A stretch of 50,232 nt of DNA from an uncultured Chryseobacterium sp. (GTDB lineage: Bacteria > Bacteroidota > Bacteroidia > Flavobacteriales_F > PHOS-HE28): NCBI GenBank assembly GCA_964559165.1, contig CAZLGY010000002.1, positions 1-50,232 of the forward strand, in the 5' to 3' direction. Made by a program: the position numbers and the translations under genes. A model generated the notes under the pieces. It was not told where the DNA came from and ran no database searches. It saw only the letters and a list, made by a program, of their open reading frames with translations. Positions 26,729 through 35,093 of this stretch are shown here, one piece after another; the stretch's first letter is position 1; every line of letters begins with the position of its first letter.

Positions 26729-27973
26729 TCAACCGTTCGGCACGTCCCAGACGAACCGGGGCCTGAGCGCTCCCTTGATGATATAATGGGAGGGTCCCCG
26801 GGTGGTGGATGCCATATCATCCATCACCCGGATGTTCATGACGTTCTCAACCAGCTGGTGCACCTTGTGCGGGAGCCAGGTGGTCATCCAGATGCTGATG
26901 TAGTAGGTATCCTCGTTGAACAGGTCGGCCGGGAAGCGCAGTGTTGTGCGGTGCGTTCCGATGTGGCGGCCGATGGGATGATCGATGCCCGGAAAGGTGG
27001 TGAACACGAGGTCGCCCTCCGAGTTGTGCAGGAAGATGACCGGCTGCGGCCGACCGGTATCCTCGAGCACGTCGTAGGTCACCTCAAGCCCGAAGGCCTC
27101 GGTGACCCGGGTGGTCGTGATCGTCCTGTCCTGTACATCCACCCAGCGCAACTGACGCAGCCGCACCACTCCATCGCGGGCGGGCAGGTCGTTGCCGAAG
27201 GTCCGGCATCCGGCCTGGGCATCATCATTGTAATGGACATATCGGGCGATGATGTCCTGTGGGTCGCCGAGGGCCTCCACGCGACCATCGTTCAGCAGCA
27301 TGCACCGTCCGCACAGGCTGTTGATGGCGCTCATGTTATGGCTGACGAACAGGATGGTCCTGCCGCTCGATGCCACATCCTTCATCTTGCCGAGGCATTT
27401 ACGCTGGAACTCGATGTCGCCGACCGCAAGCACCTCATCGATGATGAGCACCTCGGGTTCAAGGTGCGCCGCAACGGCGAAGGCAAGTCGCACCTTCTGT
27501 CCCGAACTGTAGCGTTTCACAGGATTGTCGATGAACCGCTCCACACCACTGAAAGCCACGATCTCATCGAATTTCCTGCGCACCTCGGCGCGCGACATCC
27601 CCAGGATGGTGCCGTTGAGGAAGATGTTCTCGCGCCCGCTGAGCTCCGGATGGAAGCCTGTTCCCACCTCCAGCAGGGAGCTTACCCTGCCATTGATGGT
27701 GAACCGTCCACGAGACGGGTTCGTGATGCGGGAAAGCAGCTTCAACAGGGTGCTTTTGCCGGCACCGTTGCGTCCGATGATCCCCAGGGCCTCGCCTTCA
27801 CGCACTGTGAAACTCACATCCTGCAGCGCCCAGAAGGTTTCACCGCCCCCCTTTCCTGCAAGTGCCCGCAGGTTATGGACAAGCCCTGCGCGCAGATCGA
27901 GCCGGGGCCGACCGCCGATGCGGTATTCCTTGCCAAGCCCCTCCACGGAGAGCATCACATCACCTTCAGCCAT
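26729..27973 (-). CDS. wzt: Polysaccharide/O-antigen ABC exporter ATP-binding protein with C-terminal extension (Wzt/TagH-like)
   Basis: Walker A GRNGAGKST, signature YSSGQKVRLAF and Walker B VLIIDE are present. About 168 extra C-terminal residues (nt 26729..27235) are consistent with a Wzt_C-type glycan-binding domain. The track start 28000 is TTG. ATG 27973 was chosen; ATG 27955 is also possible. Confidence 0.85.
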   Translation of the reverse strand: MAEGDVMLSVEGLGKEYRIGGRPRLDLRAGLVHNLRALAGKGGGETFWALQDVSFTVREGEALGIIGRNGAGKSTLLKLLSRITNPSRGRFTINGRVSSLLEVGTGFHPELSGRENIFLNGTILGMSRAEVRRKFDEIVAFSGVERFIDNPVKRYSSGQKVRLAFAVAAHLEPEVLIIDEVLAVGDIEFQRKCLGKMKDVASSGRTILFVSHNMSAINSLCGRCMLLNDGRVEALGDPQDIIARYVHYNDDAQAGCRTFGNDLPARDGVVRLRQLRWVDVQDRTITTTRVTEAFGLEVTYDVLEDTGRPQPVIFLHNSEGDLVFTTFPGIDHPIGRHIGTHRTTLRFPADLFNEDTYYISIWMTTWLPHKVHQLVENVMNIRVMDDMASTTRGPSHYIIKGALRPRFVWDVPNG

Positions 27974-28030
27974 GACGCAGTTGGGTTGGAACGCGAACAA
28001 TGGTCCGCCGATCGGTGGTGCCGGTGATGC

Positions 28031-28855
28031 TCATACCAGGTCTGCAAGATGCCGCTCAAGGGCGCGGAAGGAGAGGAGCGAGGTGACCGCAATGACCGCA
28101 GTGGACGCAACAGAGAACCAGACACGGCCGTGGTCGATCGGCGTATCGAAGAGGCTCCAACGCAAGGTTTCCATGGGTCCGGCAAGGGGGTTCAGGTAGT
28201 ACAGGTCAACACCCCATTCCGGAAGCGATCCACTGACCGCGCTGGCCGGATAGGCGACCGGAGTGATGAACAGGCCGAACTGGATCATGAACGGGACCAC
28301 ATGCTGGATGTCCCTGAAACGGATGGTCAACGCACTGATCCAGATGCCCGTCGACACGGATGCCACCATCATGACGAGCACTGCAAGCGGTGCCACGAGC
28401 GCATGGGGGCCCAACGGCATCCGGTATACAAGGAACATCACGGCCAGCACAAGTGTGGCAACGGCAAGGTCGATGACGCCGACGGCTGCCTTGCTGAGCG
28501 GGATCACGAGGCGTGGGAAGTAGATCTTCCGTACCATCTCCTGTGAGTTGATGATGGAGCTGCCGGATTCCTTCATCACATGGGCGAAATAGGTCCATGC
28601 CGTGATGCCGCACATGGCGAACAGCGGGTAGGGGACGCCTGCGCTATCCACGTTCACCGCCTTGCCGAACACAAGCACCAGGACGACCAGCGTGGCGAGC
28701 GGTTGCAGCACGGCCCAGCCGAGACCCAATGCCGTTTGCGCATACCGTACACGGATGTCACGATACGCCAGCGTCAGGAACAGGTCCTTGTGGGCCGCCA
28801 GCTCACGCAGGTCAGGTACGGGGCTCCATCGCGCTGCATCCACTTCGATCTTCAT
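28031..28855 (-). CDS. wzm: ABC-2 type polysaccharide exporter permease (Wzm/TagG-like)
   Basis: 274 aa, 6 predicted TM segments. The N-terminus LAAHKDLFLTLAYRDIRVRYAQTALGLGWAVLQP is the ABC-2 permease signature. Confidence 0.85.
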   Translation of the reverse strand: MKIEVDAARWSPVPDLRELAAHKDLFLTLAYRDIRVRYAQTALGLGWAVLQPLATLVVLVLVFGKAVNVDSAGVPYPLFAMCGITAWTYFAHVMKESGSSIINSQEMVRKIYFPRLVIPLSKAAVGVIDLAVATLVLAVMFLVYRMPLGPHALVAPLAVLVMMVASVSTGIWISALTIRFRDIQHVVPFMIQFGLFITPVAYPASAVSGSLPEWGVDLYYLNPLAGPMETLRWSLFDTPIDHGRVWFSVASTAVIAVTSLLSFRALERHLADLV

Positions 28856-28877
28856 GCCGGGCCGTGTTCAGGGCCGG

Positions 28878-28891
28878 AAGAGCCGGCTCTT
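28878..28891. promoter_or_regulatory. Perfect 14-nt palindrome AAGAGCCGGCTCTT in the wzm / rdgB divergent intergenic region (candidate operator)
   Basis: Read directly: the sequence equals its own reverse complement. It lies 23 nt upstream of the wzm ATG (28855). Confidence 0.35.
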
Positions 28892-28897
28892 GGAGGC

Positions 28898-28919
28898 GTC
28901 GAAAGTACGATCTTTCGAC
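28898..28919. promoter_or_regulatory. Perfect 8-bp inverted repeat GTCGAAAG-N6-CTTTCGAC (candidate operator / overlapping divergent -7-like boxes)
   Basis: Read directly. The arms contain near-consensus -7 elements on both strands (TActTTcG on minus, gAtcTTTc on plus). It ends 4 nt before the rdgB ATG (28924). Confidence 0.35.
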
Positions 28920-28923
28920 CGCC

Positions 28924-29514
28924 ATGGAACGACTTGTCCTGTGTACCACCAATGCTGGAAAGGTCGCCGAACTGCGCGCGCTGTTATCAGGTCGGGCAAC
29001 GGTGTTCTCCCTTGCGGATGTGGGTCTTGCCGGAGGGTGGGAGGAAACGGCCGACACCTTTGAAGGGAATGCCCTGTTGAAGGCGCGAAGGGCCCATGAA
29101 GCCTGTGGTGAGCCGTGCCTTGGGGATGACAGTGGCCTTGAGGTGGCTGCCCTTGGTGGGGCACCAGGCGTCCGTTCGGCACGTTTTGCTGGTGATGCCG
29201 CGGACGATCGTGCGAACATGGCCTTGCTCCTGCAGCGCATGCAGGGCGTTCAGGACCGCAGTGCCCGGTTCGTCACTGTGCTGGCATTGGTCGGTGCTGG
29301 TGCTGAGCATACATACACCGGCACCATTGAGGGAACGATCACCCATGCTCCCCGCGGCGTGATGGGCTTCGGCTATGATCCCGTTTTCCAGCCGCTCGGC
29401 GGGACCCGCACCTTTGCGGAACTCACCATGGATGTAAAGAACCGCATTGGCCACCGGGCCTTGGCGGTGCAGGCGCTGCTGGACGACATGGATCGTCGTA
29501 CCATGGTGCCTTGA
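28924..29514 (+). CDS. rdgB: Non-canonical purine NTP pyrophosphatase (RdgB/HAM1 family)
   Basis: 196 aa from ATG 28924. LVLCTTNAGKVAEL, DDSGLEVAALGGAPGVRSARFAG and GFGYDPVF...TFAEL...KNRIGHRA are HAM1 blocks. Confidence 0.9.
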   Translation: MERLVLCTTNAGKVAELRALLSGRATVFSLADVGLAGGWEETADTFEGNALLKARRAHEACGEPCLGDDSGLEVAALGGAPGVRSARFAGDAADDRANMALLLQRMQGVQDRSARFVTVLALVGAGAEHTYTGTIEGTITHAPRGVMGFGYDPVFQPLGGTRTFAELTMDVKNRIGHRALAVQALLDDMDRRTMVP

Positions 29515-29588
29515 TGCCGCTGTGGTCCGGTCTGCTGTGCAAGGAGCCGCTCCACGCACGGCCGCACGTACAGCTCCCAGTAACGACC

Positions 29589-30923
29589 TCATCCCATGGG
29601 ATGCCTCCCTCCGGCGGGATCGATGGAGGCTGAGCGTTTGCCGGTGACCACGTTCTCCAGAAGGTCAACCCAGGTGTCCATGCGGTATTCCCACCGGTGT
29701 TGTGCCAGTTGCTCAACATCCGGGTCCATGGGGATGCTGCCTTGCAGGGTCCACGTGGCATGCAGACGAACCAGCAGGTCCTTCAGCCCGGCCGGGCTGT
29801 CCACCACGAAGCCCGTTCGCGTGTCGGCAAGGATGCGCTCCGGCAGGTCCTGGCCGGTGCTCACCTGCAACACCGGTATGCCGCTACCGACATACTCCAG
29901 GAACTTGAGCGGCAGGATCCCGTGCTTTCCCTTGAAGCCAACGTGAAGGAGCAGGTCGGACCCCTGTTGGGCCTGCAGCGCTTCATCTCGCCCCACACGT
30001 TGCAGGACGCTCACCCAGGGCAGCGCGGTGAGGCGCTCCAGTGCCCGTTCCAAGGCCACTTCGCGCCGGTCGTTGGAGATGCCGATCAGCCGGACCTCCA
30101 TGTTCGCACAGACATCGGGCCGCTCATCCTGCAGCATCTTCAGCCCCCCCGCCACCAGTTCCCATTCCTGTTCCCGGTAGGTGGCACCCGTGTAGGTGAT
30201 GGTGAACCGCTTCCTATCCGGGCGCCTGGCAGGGGCGCTGATGTTACATCCGTTCTGCACGGTGAGCGCGGTTCGAGGTCCGGTGATGGATAACGCGTTC
30301 GCCAGGAATGGTCCGGTCGCTGCGGTGATGCAGGCAGCGGACCGCCCGATGGAACGCTCCAGGCGGCACTGACGCCATCGGATGATGGCTCCGCGCAGGC
30401 CTTGCCGTCTGTTGAGCGCGGATAGTGCCACCATGGGGTCTGCGATGTTCCAGGGATCGCGATAGTCGAGTGCGAACGGCACAGCCCATGCGGTCGCCAG
30501 TGCACGGGCATGGCCCGCGTAGTTCCATGGCGGACCTGATGCCACGATGAGGGATGGCCGGTCGATCGTTGCGGCGATCTCCCGGGGCACCAGATCGATG
30601 CTCGCCAAGGCATTGGGGGGAAGGACAAGATCTCCCCAGAGGTCACCCAGCGGTCGCAGCAGCGCGTGCCTGCGGAGCATCGTGTGTACGATGTGGGCCA
30701 CGCGAAGCAGGCCGCTGCTGTCACGGGGCACGGTCACCTTGGGAAGCCGGTGTACGTCGATCGCTTCGAGGGGTGCGTTCCAGGCATCCGCTGTGTCCGT
30801 ATCCTCACAGATCACCGTTACGCGATGTCCCCGATCCGCCAGGCGGCGTGCCAGCTGGTAAGGGCGCCGCGCACCGGTGCGGTTGGCGGGAGGAAAGGCC
30901 TGGCAGAGGATCAGGACGTGCAT
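29589..30923 (-). CDS. Glycosyltransferase family 4 (group 1)
   Basis: MHVLILCQAFPPANRTGARRPYQLARRLADRGHRVTVI and PLKFLEYVGSGIPVL (EX7E-like) fit the family. Its start overlaps the ddl stop by 13 nt. Confidence 0.8.
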   Translation of the reverse strand: MHVLILCQAFPPANRTGARRPYQLARRLADRGHRVTVICEDTDTADAWNAPLEAIDVHRLPKVTVPRDSSGLLRVAHIVHTMLRRHALLRPLGDLWGDLVLPPNALASIDLVPREIAATIDRPSLIVASGPPWNYAGHARALATAWAVPFALDYRDPWNIADPMVALSALNRRQGLRGAIIRWRQCRLERSIGRSAACITAATGPFLANALSITGPRTALTVQNGCNISAPARRPDRKRFTITYTGATYREQEWELVAGGLKMLQDERPDVCANMEVRLIGISNDRREVALERALERLTALPWVSVLQRVGRDEALQAQQGSDLLLHVGFKGKHGILPLKFLEYVGSGIPVLQVSTGQDLPERILADTRTGFVVDSPAGLKDLLVRLHATWTLQGSIPMDPDVEQLAQHRWEYRMDTWVDLLENVVTGKRSASIDPAGGRHPMG

Positions 30924-31918
30924 GTCCGTGCGGTTCGGGCGAGCATGCCTTCCACCATCAGGTTCACCGCATAGGCCACCCCCAGGCCGGCCGCCTCCAG
31001 CATTTTCGGGTAGATGCTGGCGGGGCTGAAGCCCGGCACGGTGTTCACCTCGATGGTGATGAGCTCGGTACCCGTCCAGAGGTGGTCCACGCGCACCATG
31101 CCACGGCAGTCGAGCGCCCTGGCAATTTCGGCGGACCGGTCCTGAACGAGGCGGGTCACCTCCTCCGGCAGGTCGGCGGGAACGGTCTCGCGTGTATCCG
31201 AGGAATGGTACTTGGCTTCATAGTCGAAGAACTCACGCGTGGTATCGATCTCGCACACCGGCAGCGGCATGAACCGTCCATTGGCGATGAAGACACCACA
31301 GGTCAGTTCCCGGCCTGTAACACCGCGTTCCACAAGTGCGAACGGACATTCCTTGAACGCTGCGGCGAGCGCTGCGTGGAGTTCGTCAGGTGTCTTCACC
31401 TTGGCCACCCCCAGGCTGCTTCCGCTCTGGTCGGGCTTTACAAAGCATGGATAGCCGATGCCTGCCAGCGTGGTCGGTCCGATGGCATCCGTCACATGCA
31501 GGCGGACGGACGGTGCAACGGGGTGGCCAAGGTCCCGAAGCAGCGCAACGGTCGAGTACTTGCTCATGGTCACCGCCATGTTCAATACGCCACCGGTCTG
31601 GTAGGGTATGCCCAACAGGTCCAGGTAGCCTTGGAGGATGCCGTCCTCCCCGGGACTTCCGTGAATGGCGATAAGGGCGGCCACGATGCGTTCAGGTCCG
31701 GCGCCACGGTCTGCACTGAACGTTCCCGGGTCAAAGGGAAGTGGCTGCTCCGCAGGTGTCTGGCAGTTCAGTCCGTGCGCGCCGATGGTCAGGTAGACCG
31801 CATCGTACCGGCGGATATCCAGGGCACCCATCATGGTGGCCGCGCTTTGCATGCTGATGACGGATTCGCCGGTATATCCGCCTCGGATGACGGCGATGAG
31901 CGGTCGGTGCTGGTCCAT
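30911..31918 (-). CDS. ddl: D-alanine--D-alanine ligase
   Basis: 335 aa from ATG 31918 (MDQHRPLIAVIRGGYTGESVIS...). IAIHGSPGEDGILQGYLDLLGIPY, PCFVKPDQSGSSLGV and EVNTVPGFSPASIYPKM fit the family. The 169-codon upstream extension of the track ORF is antisense to the PASTA gene and was rejected. Confidence 0.9.
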   Translation of the reverse strand: MDQHRPLIAVIRGGYTGESVISMQSAATMMGALDIRRYDAVYLTIGAHGLNCQTPAEQPLPFDPGTFSADRGAGPERIVAALIAIHGSPGEDGILQGYLDLLGIPYQTGGVLNMAVTMSKYSTVALLRDLGHPVAPSVRLHVTDAIGPTTLAGIGYPCFVKPDQSGSSLGVAKVKTPDELHAALAAAFKECPFALVERGVTGRELTCGVFIANGRFMPLPVCEIDTTREFFDYEAKYHSSDTRETVPADLPEEVTRLVQDRSAEIARALDCRGMVRVDHLWTGTELITIEVNTVPGFSPASIYPKMLEAAGLGVAYAVNLMVEGMLARTARTCTS

Positions 31919-32005
31919 GATGCGAAGTTGCGACCGCCCGGCACTTGGCCGGTGCGACCATGCCGTTGTATATGCACATCGTGTGGTTGGTGGTCGATGG
32001 TCGGT

Positions 32006-32013
32006 TACATTTG
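32006..32013 (+). promoter_or_regulatory. Candidate -7 promoter box TACATTTG, 12 nt upstream of ATG 32026
   Basis: Exact TAnnTTTG match in the ddl/PASTA divergent intergenic region. Confidence 0.4.
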
Positions 32014-32025
32014 GCGGTCTGAACG

Positions 32026-32835
32026 ATGAAGTACTTCCTGCCGCTCCTCGTCGCTGCCGGGTTGCTCCTGTCCGGGTGGTTGTGGCTGAACCGGTACACG
32101 CGGCATGCCGACATCGTGATGGTCCCTGATGTCCGTGGGCTTGGCACGGCCTCTGCCAGCGATGCCATGGCGGCTCGAACCTTGCAGGCCATCGTGGTGG
32201 ATTCGGTGTACACGGAAGGGGGCGTTCCCGGCAGTGTGGTGGACCAGGACCCCCCCGCCGGCGCAGCGGTGAAGCCCGGCAGGAAGGTGTACCTGGTGTT
32301 GAACGCCCTCCAGCCCCCCATGATCGACATGCCGAAGCTGGTGGACCTCTCCAAGCGTCAGGCCTTGTCCGTATTGGAGATCCTCGGTCTTCGCGTTGCA
32401 TCCATGACCTACAAGCCCGACCCATGCGTGGATTGTGTGCTGGACCAGTTGGTCGAGGGACGCCGTGTAGCCGCCGGTGATCGCGTGCGTCGCGGTGTGG
32501 CGGTGGCCTTGGTCCTCGGAAGCGGTGATCGCGGGGAACGGGTTCCGGTGCCCGATCTCCTGGGTCTGAACGGCAGCGAGGTGGGGGCCGTTCTGAACAT
32601 GGCCTCGCTCAACCCGGGCCTTGTGGTCACCTGCGATGGGTGTACCACATCGCGTGATTCTGCGTTCGCCCGTGTATATCGCCAATCCCCGGCGGTGCGT
32701 GCAGATGCCTTCGTGTCCATGGGGTCCCAGATAGATGTCTGGCTGACCATGGATACCACCGGCCTGCGCCCTCGACCAGTGCTGCCCGACACCGTCACGT
32801 CAACGACCAACGCCACCATCGATGCGGTTGAATGA
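32026..32835 (+). CDS. PASTA domain-containing membrane-anchored protein (three PASTA repeats, no kinase or PBP domain)
   Basis: An N-terminal TM helix (FLPLLVAAGLLLSGWLWL) is followed by three approx 65-aa repeats, each starting (V/M/V)PD/K(V/L)...G, e.g. VPDVRGLGTASASDAM...GSVVDQDPPAGAAVKPGRKVYLVL. Confidence 0.8.
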   Translation: MKYFLPLLVAAGLLLSGWLWLNRYTRHADIVMVPDVRGLGTASASDAMAARTLQAIVVDSVYTEGGVPGSVVDQDPPAGAAVKPGRKVYLVLNALQPPMIDMPKLVDLSKRQALSVLEILGLRVASMTYKPDPCVDCVLDQLVEGRRVAAGDRVRRGVAVALVLGSGDRGERVPVPDLLGLNGSEVGAVLNMASLNPGLVVTCDGCTTSRDSAFARVYRQSPAVRADAFVSMGSQIDVWLTMDTTGLRPRPVLPDTVTSTTNATIDAVE

Positions 32836-35083
32836 ATGGATCACCACCTGCTGCCTGGTGGTATCGGTCAATGGGCTCAAGGCCCAGGGAGAAGTGTTGC
32901 GCGCGCTGTCAGCCCGGCCTGAACAGATGGTACAGCGTGCGTTGAACAAGTCCGTCCTGAACGAACATTTCATTTACCTGAATGAGCCGCAGGTGCTTCC
33001 CCTGATGGATGATTTTTCCATCGATCGGACGCGCAGACGCTGGGCTGCCGCGACCGATGCGGGGGTGAGTTTGTCGGAGACCATCCACCGCCTGGAGGTG
33101 GCAGGCATCTCCAATGCGGACATGCGGTTCGCGGACGATACCACGTTCCGTTTCACCGTCGACCTTTCGGTCCCCGATACGCCGGTGGTAACAAGGCAAC
33201 CGCTACCCGTTGTCCAGCTTACACTGCGTGACGTTGGTACATATCCTCCGGTGGAGACGCTGGTCGATGCATGGCCCGCCTACTTCATCTACGACACACT
33301 TCAGAACCCGCCGGAGGACACCTTGTTCCTGCAGGCGCCCGCTTACGTTCAGGATTCCTTGCTCGTGTATACGGTGGATCCGGACCAGCGCCGGTACCTG
33401 ATGAACGGTGTTCCCACTCCGATGGTGCTGTGGGAGGATGATGACGTGTACGTCAACAACACCTATCCGATCGCGCCTCCCACCATCGGGGTGGCTACGT
33501 TCGATGGCCTGGCTCGCGATGGGTATCCCTACAATTTCGCGCAATACAGCGCCTATGGCATCGCCGACCACCTGACCTCGGTCCCGATCGACCTTTCCTA
33601 CAACGCTGCGGATTCCATTTACCTGAGCTTTTTTGTCCAACCGCGCGGGCTGAGCGGTGATGCCGAGCCCCAGCCACAGGACAGCCTGGTGCTGGAACTG
33701 TATGCACCCGGTGAGGATGCATGGGTCAGGGTTTGGCGAACGCCCTATTACACCAGCGACATGTTCCGCCAGGTGCTGGTACCCATCAAGGAGGCACGCT
33801 TCCTGCAGGATGGGTTCAGGATGCGGTTCCTCAACTATGCCACCCTCAGCGGCTCCTTCGACCATTGGCACCTGGATTATGTGAGGCTGGGCACCGACCG
33901 CTCGAACAGCGATACGGTCATTGTGGACATGGCCTACATAGGACCGGCGTCAACCCTGTTGCAGACCTACACGTCGGTGCCGTTCCATGCATTCGAGCAG
34001 GCCCCAGCATCCTACATGAGCCCGGGGCTCAGTCTTCCGATCCGCAACCTCGATGTGAACGACCGTTTCATCACGTGGCGCATGCAGGCGGGTACCACGG
34101 AGGGGCCTGTGGTGTTCGATCCGCCCAGCTACGGGAACAGCACCTCGGGCAACGCCTCGTCCATCATCGTCAGCGACCATCCCATCAACAGCCCCCCCAA
34201 TGAGTTCGTATACGACCCGCAGCTGAGCACGGACGCGGCGTTCTGGCGGGTGCGCTTCCTGGCACAGACGCAGCCTGACATCAATCCCTACAACGACACC
34301 ACATCGTTCGTACAGGACCTCAGCAGCTACTACGCCTATGATGATGGCACCGCGGAGATGGGCTACTCCCTCAACGCCCCTGGAGCGGAGTTGGCCTACA
34401 GGTTCGATATCGTGGGTGGCGATTCGCTCCGCGCCGTGCGGATCTACTTCAATCCACAGGCCAATCCTCCCCCCGGACTTCCTCCCTCCCAAGGGTCCTT
34501 CCTCATCACCGTGTGGAGCAGCCTTTCACCCGAGGTCGTAAAGCACCAGAATTTCTCCTTCTCCACCCCGGAATACAAGCAGGAGGGCCTGAACAGGTTC
34601 GTGGAGTATCCCCTTGACTCCAACATCCACGTATCGGGAACCTTCTGGGTGGGATGGACCCAGACCAACGCGGTTCCCATGAACATCGGGTTCGATCGCA
34701 ACCGCAACAACCAGTCCCGGATCGCCTACAGGGTCGGCACCAACTGGCAGAACACCGTCTTCCAGGGTTCCCTGATGATGCGTCCCGTGTTCGTTGCGGA
34801 GGTCGACCCCTTCATCGGCATGGAGGAGCGGGTTCCCGGCTCCGATCAGCTGCGCTTGGTGCCGAATCCGAGCAGCGCCTCGTTCAGGGTGGTCCAGGCC
34901 GACCTTGTTGCAGGTGGTTCACTGGAGGTGTTGGATGCCATGGGCCGATCGGTCCACCGTTCGGGAAGGTCTCCGGTTGAGGAGGTATCCACGTTGAACT
35001 GGCCGAACGGTCCCTACCTGGTACGCCTGTTCGATGCGGCCGGTGTGCCCATGGGACATGGTCGACTGATGGTCCAGCACTGA
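32822..35083 (+). CDS. Secreted protein with T9SS type A C-terminal sorting domain (753 aa, function unknown)
   Basis: Signal-like N-terminus. The C-terminus LRLVPNPSSASFRV...LEVLDAMGRSV...GPYLVRLFDAAG...RLMVQH matches the Por/T9SS CTD pattern. It overlaps the PASTA gene by 14 nt. Confidence 0.75.
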   Translation: MRLNEWITTCCLVVSVNGLKAQGEVLRALSARPEQMVQRALNKSVLNEHFIYLNEPQVLPLMDDFSIDRTRRRWAAATDAGVSLSETIHRLEVAGISNADMRFADDTTFRFTVDLSVPDTPVVTRQPLPVVQLTLRDVGTYPPVETLVDAWPAYFIYDTLQNPPEDTLFLQAPAYVQDSLLVYTVDPDQRRYLMNGVPTPMVLWEDDDVYVNNTYPIAPPTIGVATFDGLARDGYPYNFAQYSAYGIADHLTSVPIDLSYNAADSIYLSFFVQPRGLSGDAEPQPQDSLVLELYAPGEDAWVRVWRTPYYTSDMFRQVLVPIKEARFLQDGFRMRFLNYATLSGSFDHWHLDYVRLGTDRSNSDTVIVDMAYIGPASTLLQTYTSVPFHAFEQAPASYMSPGLSLPIRNLDVNDRFITWRMQAGTTEGPVVFDPPSYGNSTSGNASSIIVSDHPINSPPNEFVYDPQLSTDAAFWRVRFLAQTQPDINPYNDTTSFVQDLSSYYAYDDGTAEMGYSLNAPGAELAYRFDIVGGDSLRAVRIYFNPQANPPPGLPPSQGSFLITVWSSLSPEVVKHQNFSFSTPEYKQEGLNRFVEYPLDSNIHVSGTFWVGWTQTNAVPMNIGFDRNRNNQSRIAYRVGTNWQNTVFQGSLMMRPVFVAEVDPFIGMEERVPGSDQLRLVPNPSSASFRVVQADLVAGGSLEVLDAMGRSVHRSGRSPVEEVSTLNWPNGPYLVRLFDAAGVPMGHGRLMVQH

Positions 35084-35093
35084 CGGCATACGG

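Noticed and set aside
30554-32029. 491-aa plus-strand ORF
   Set aside because: It is antisense to the GT4 and ddl genes, shows low-complexity Arg/Gly/Ala composition and has no recognisable domain.
31919-32425. 169-codon 5-prime extension of the ddl ORF (track ORF 30911..32425)
   Set aside because: The extension is Arg/Pro/Gly-rich, overlaps the PASTA gene on the other strand, and precedes a canonical Ddl N-terminus that starts at ATG 31918.
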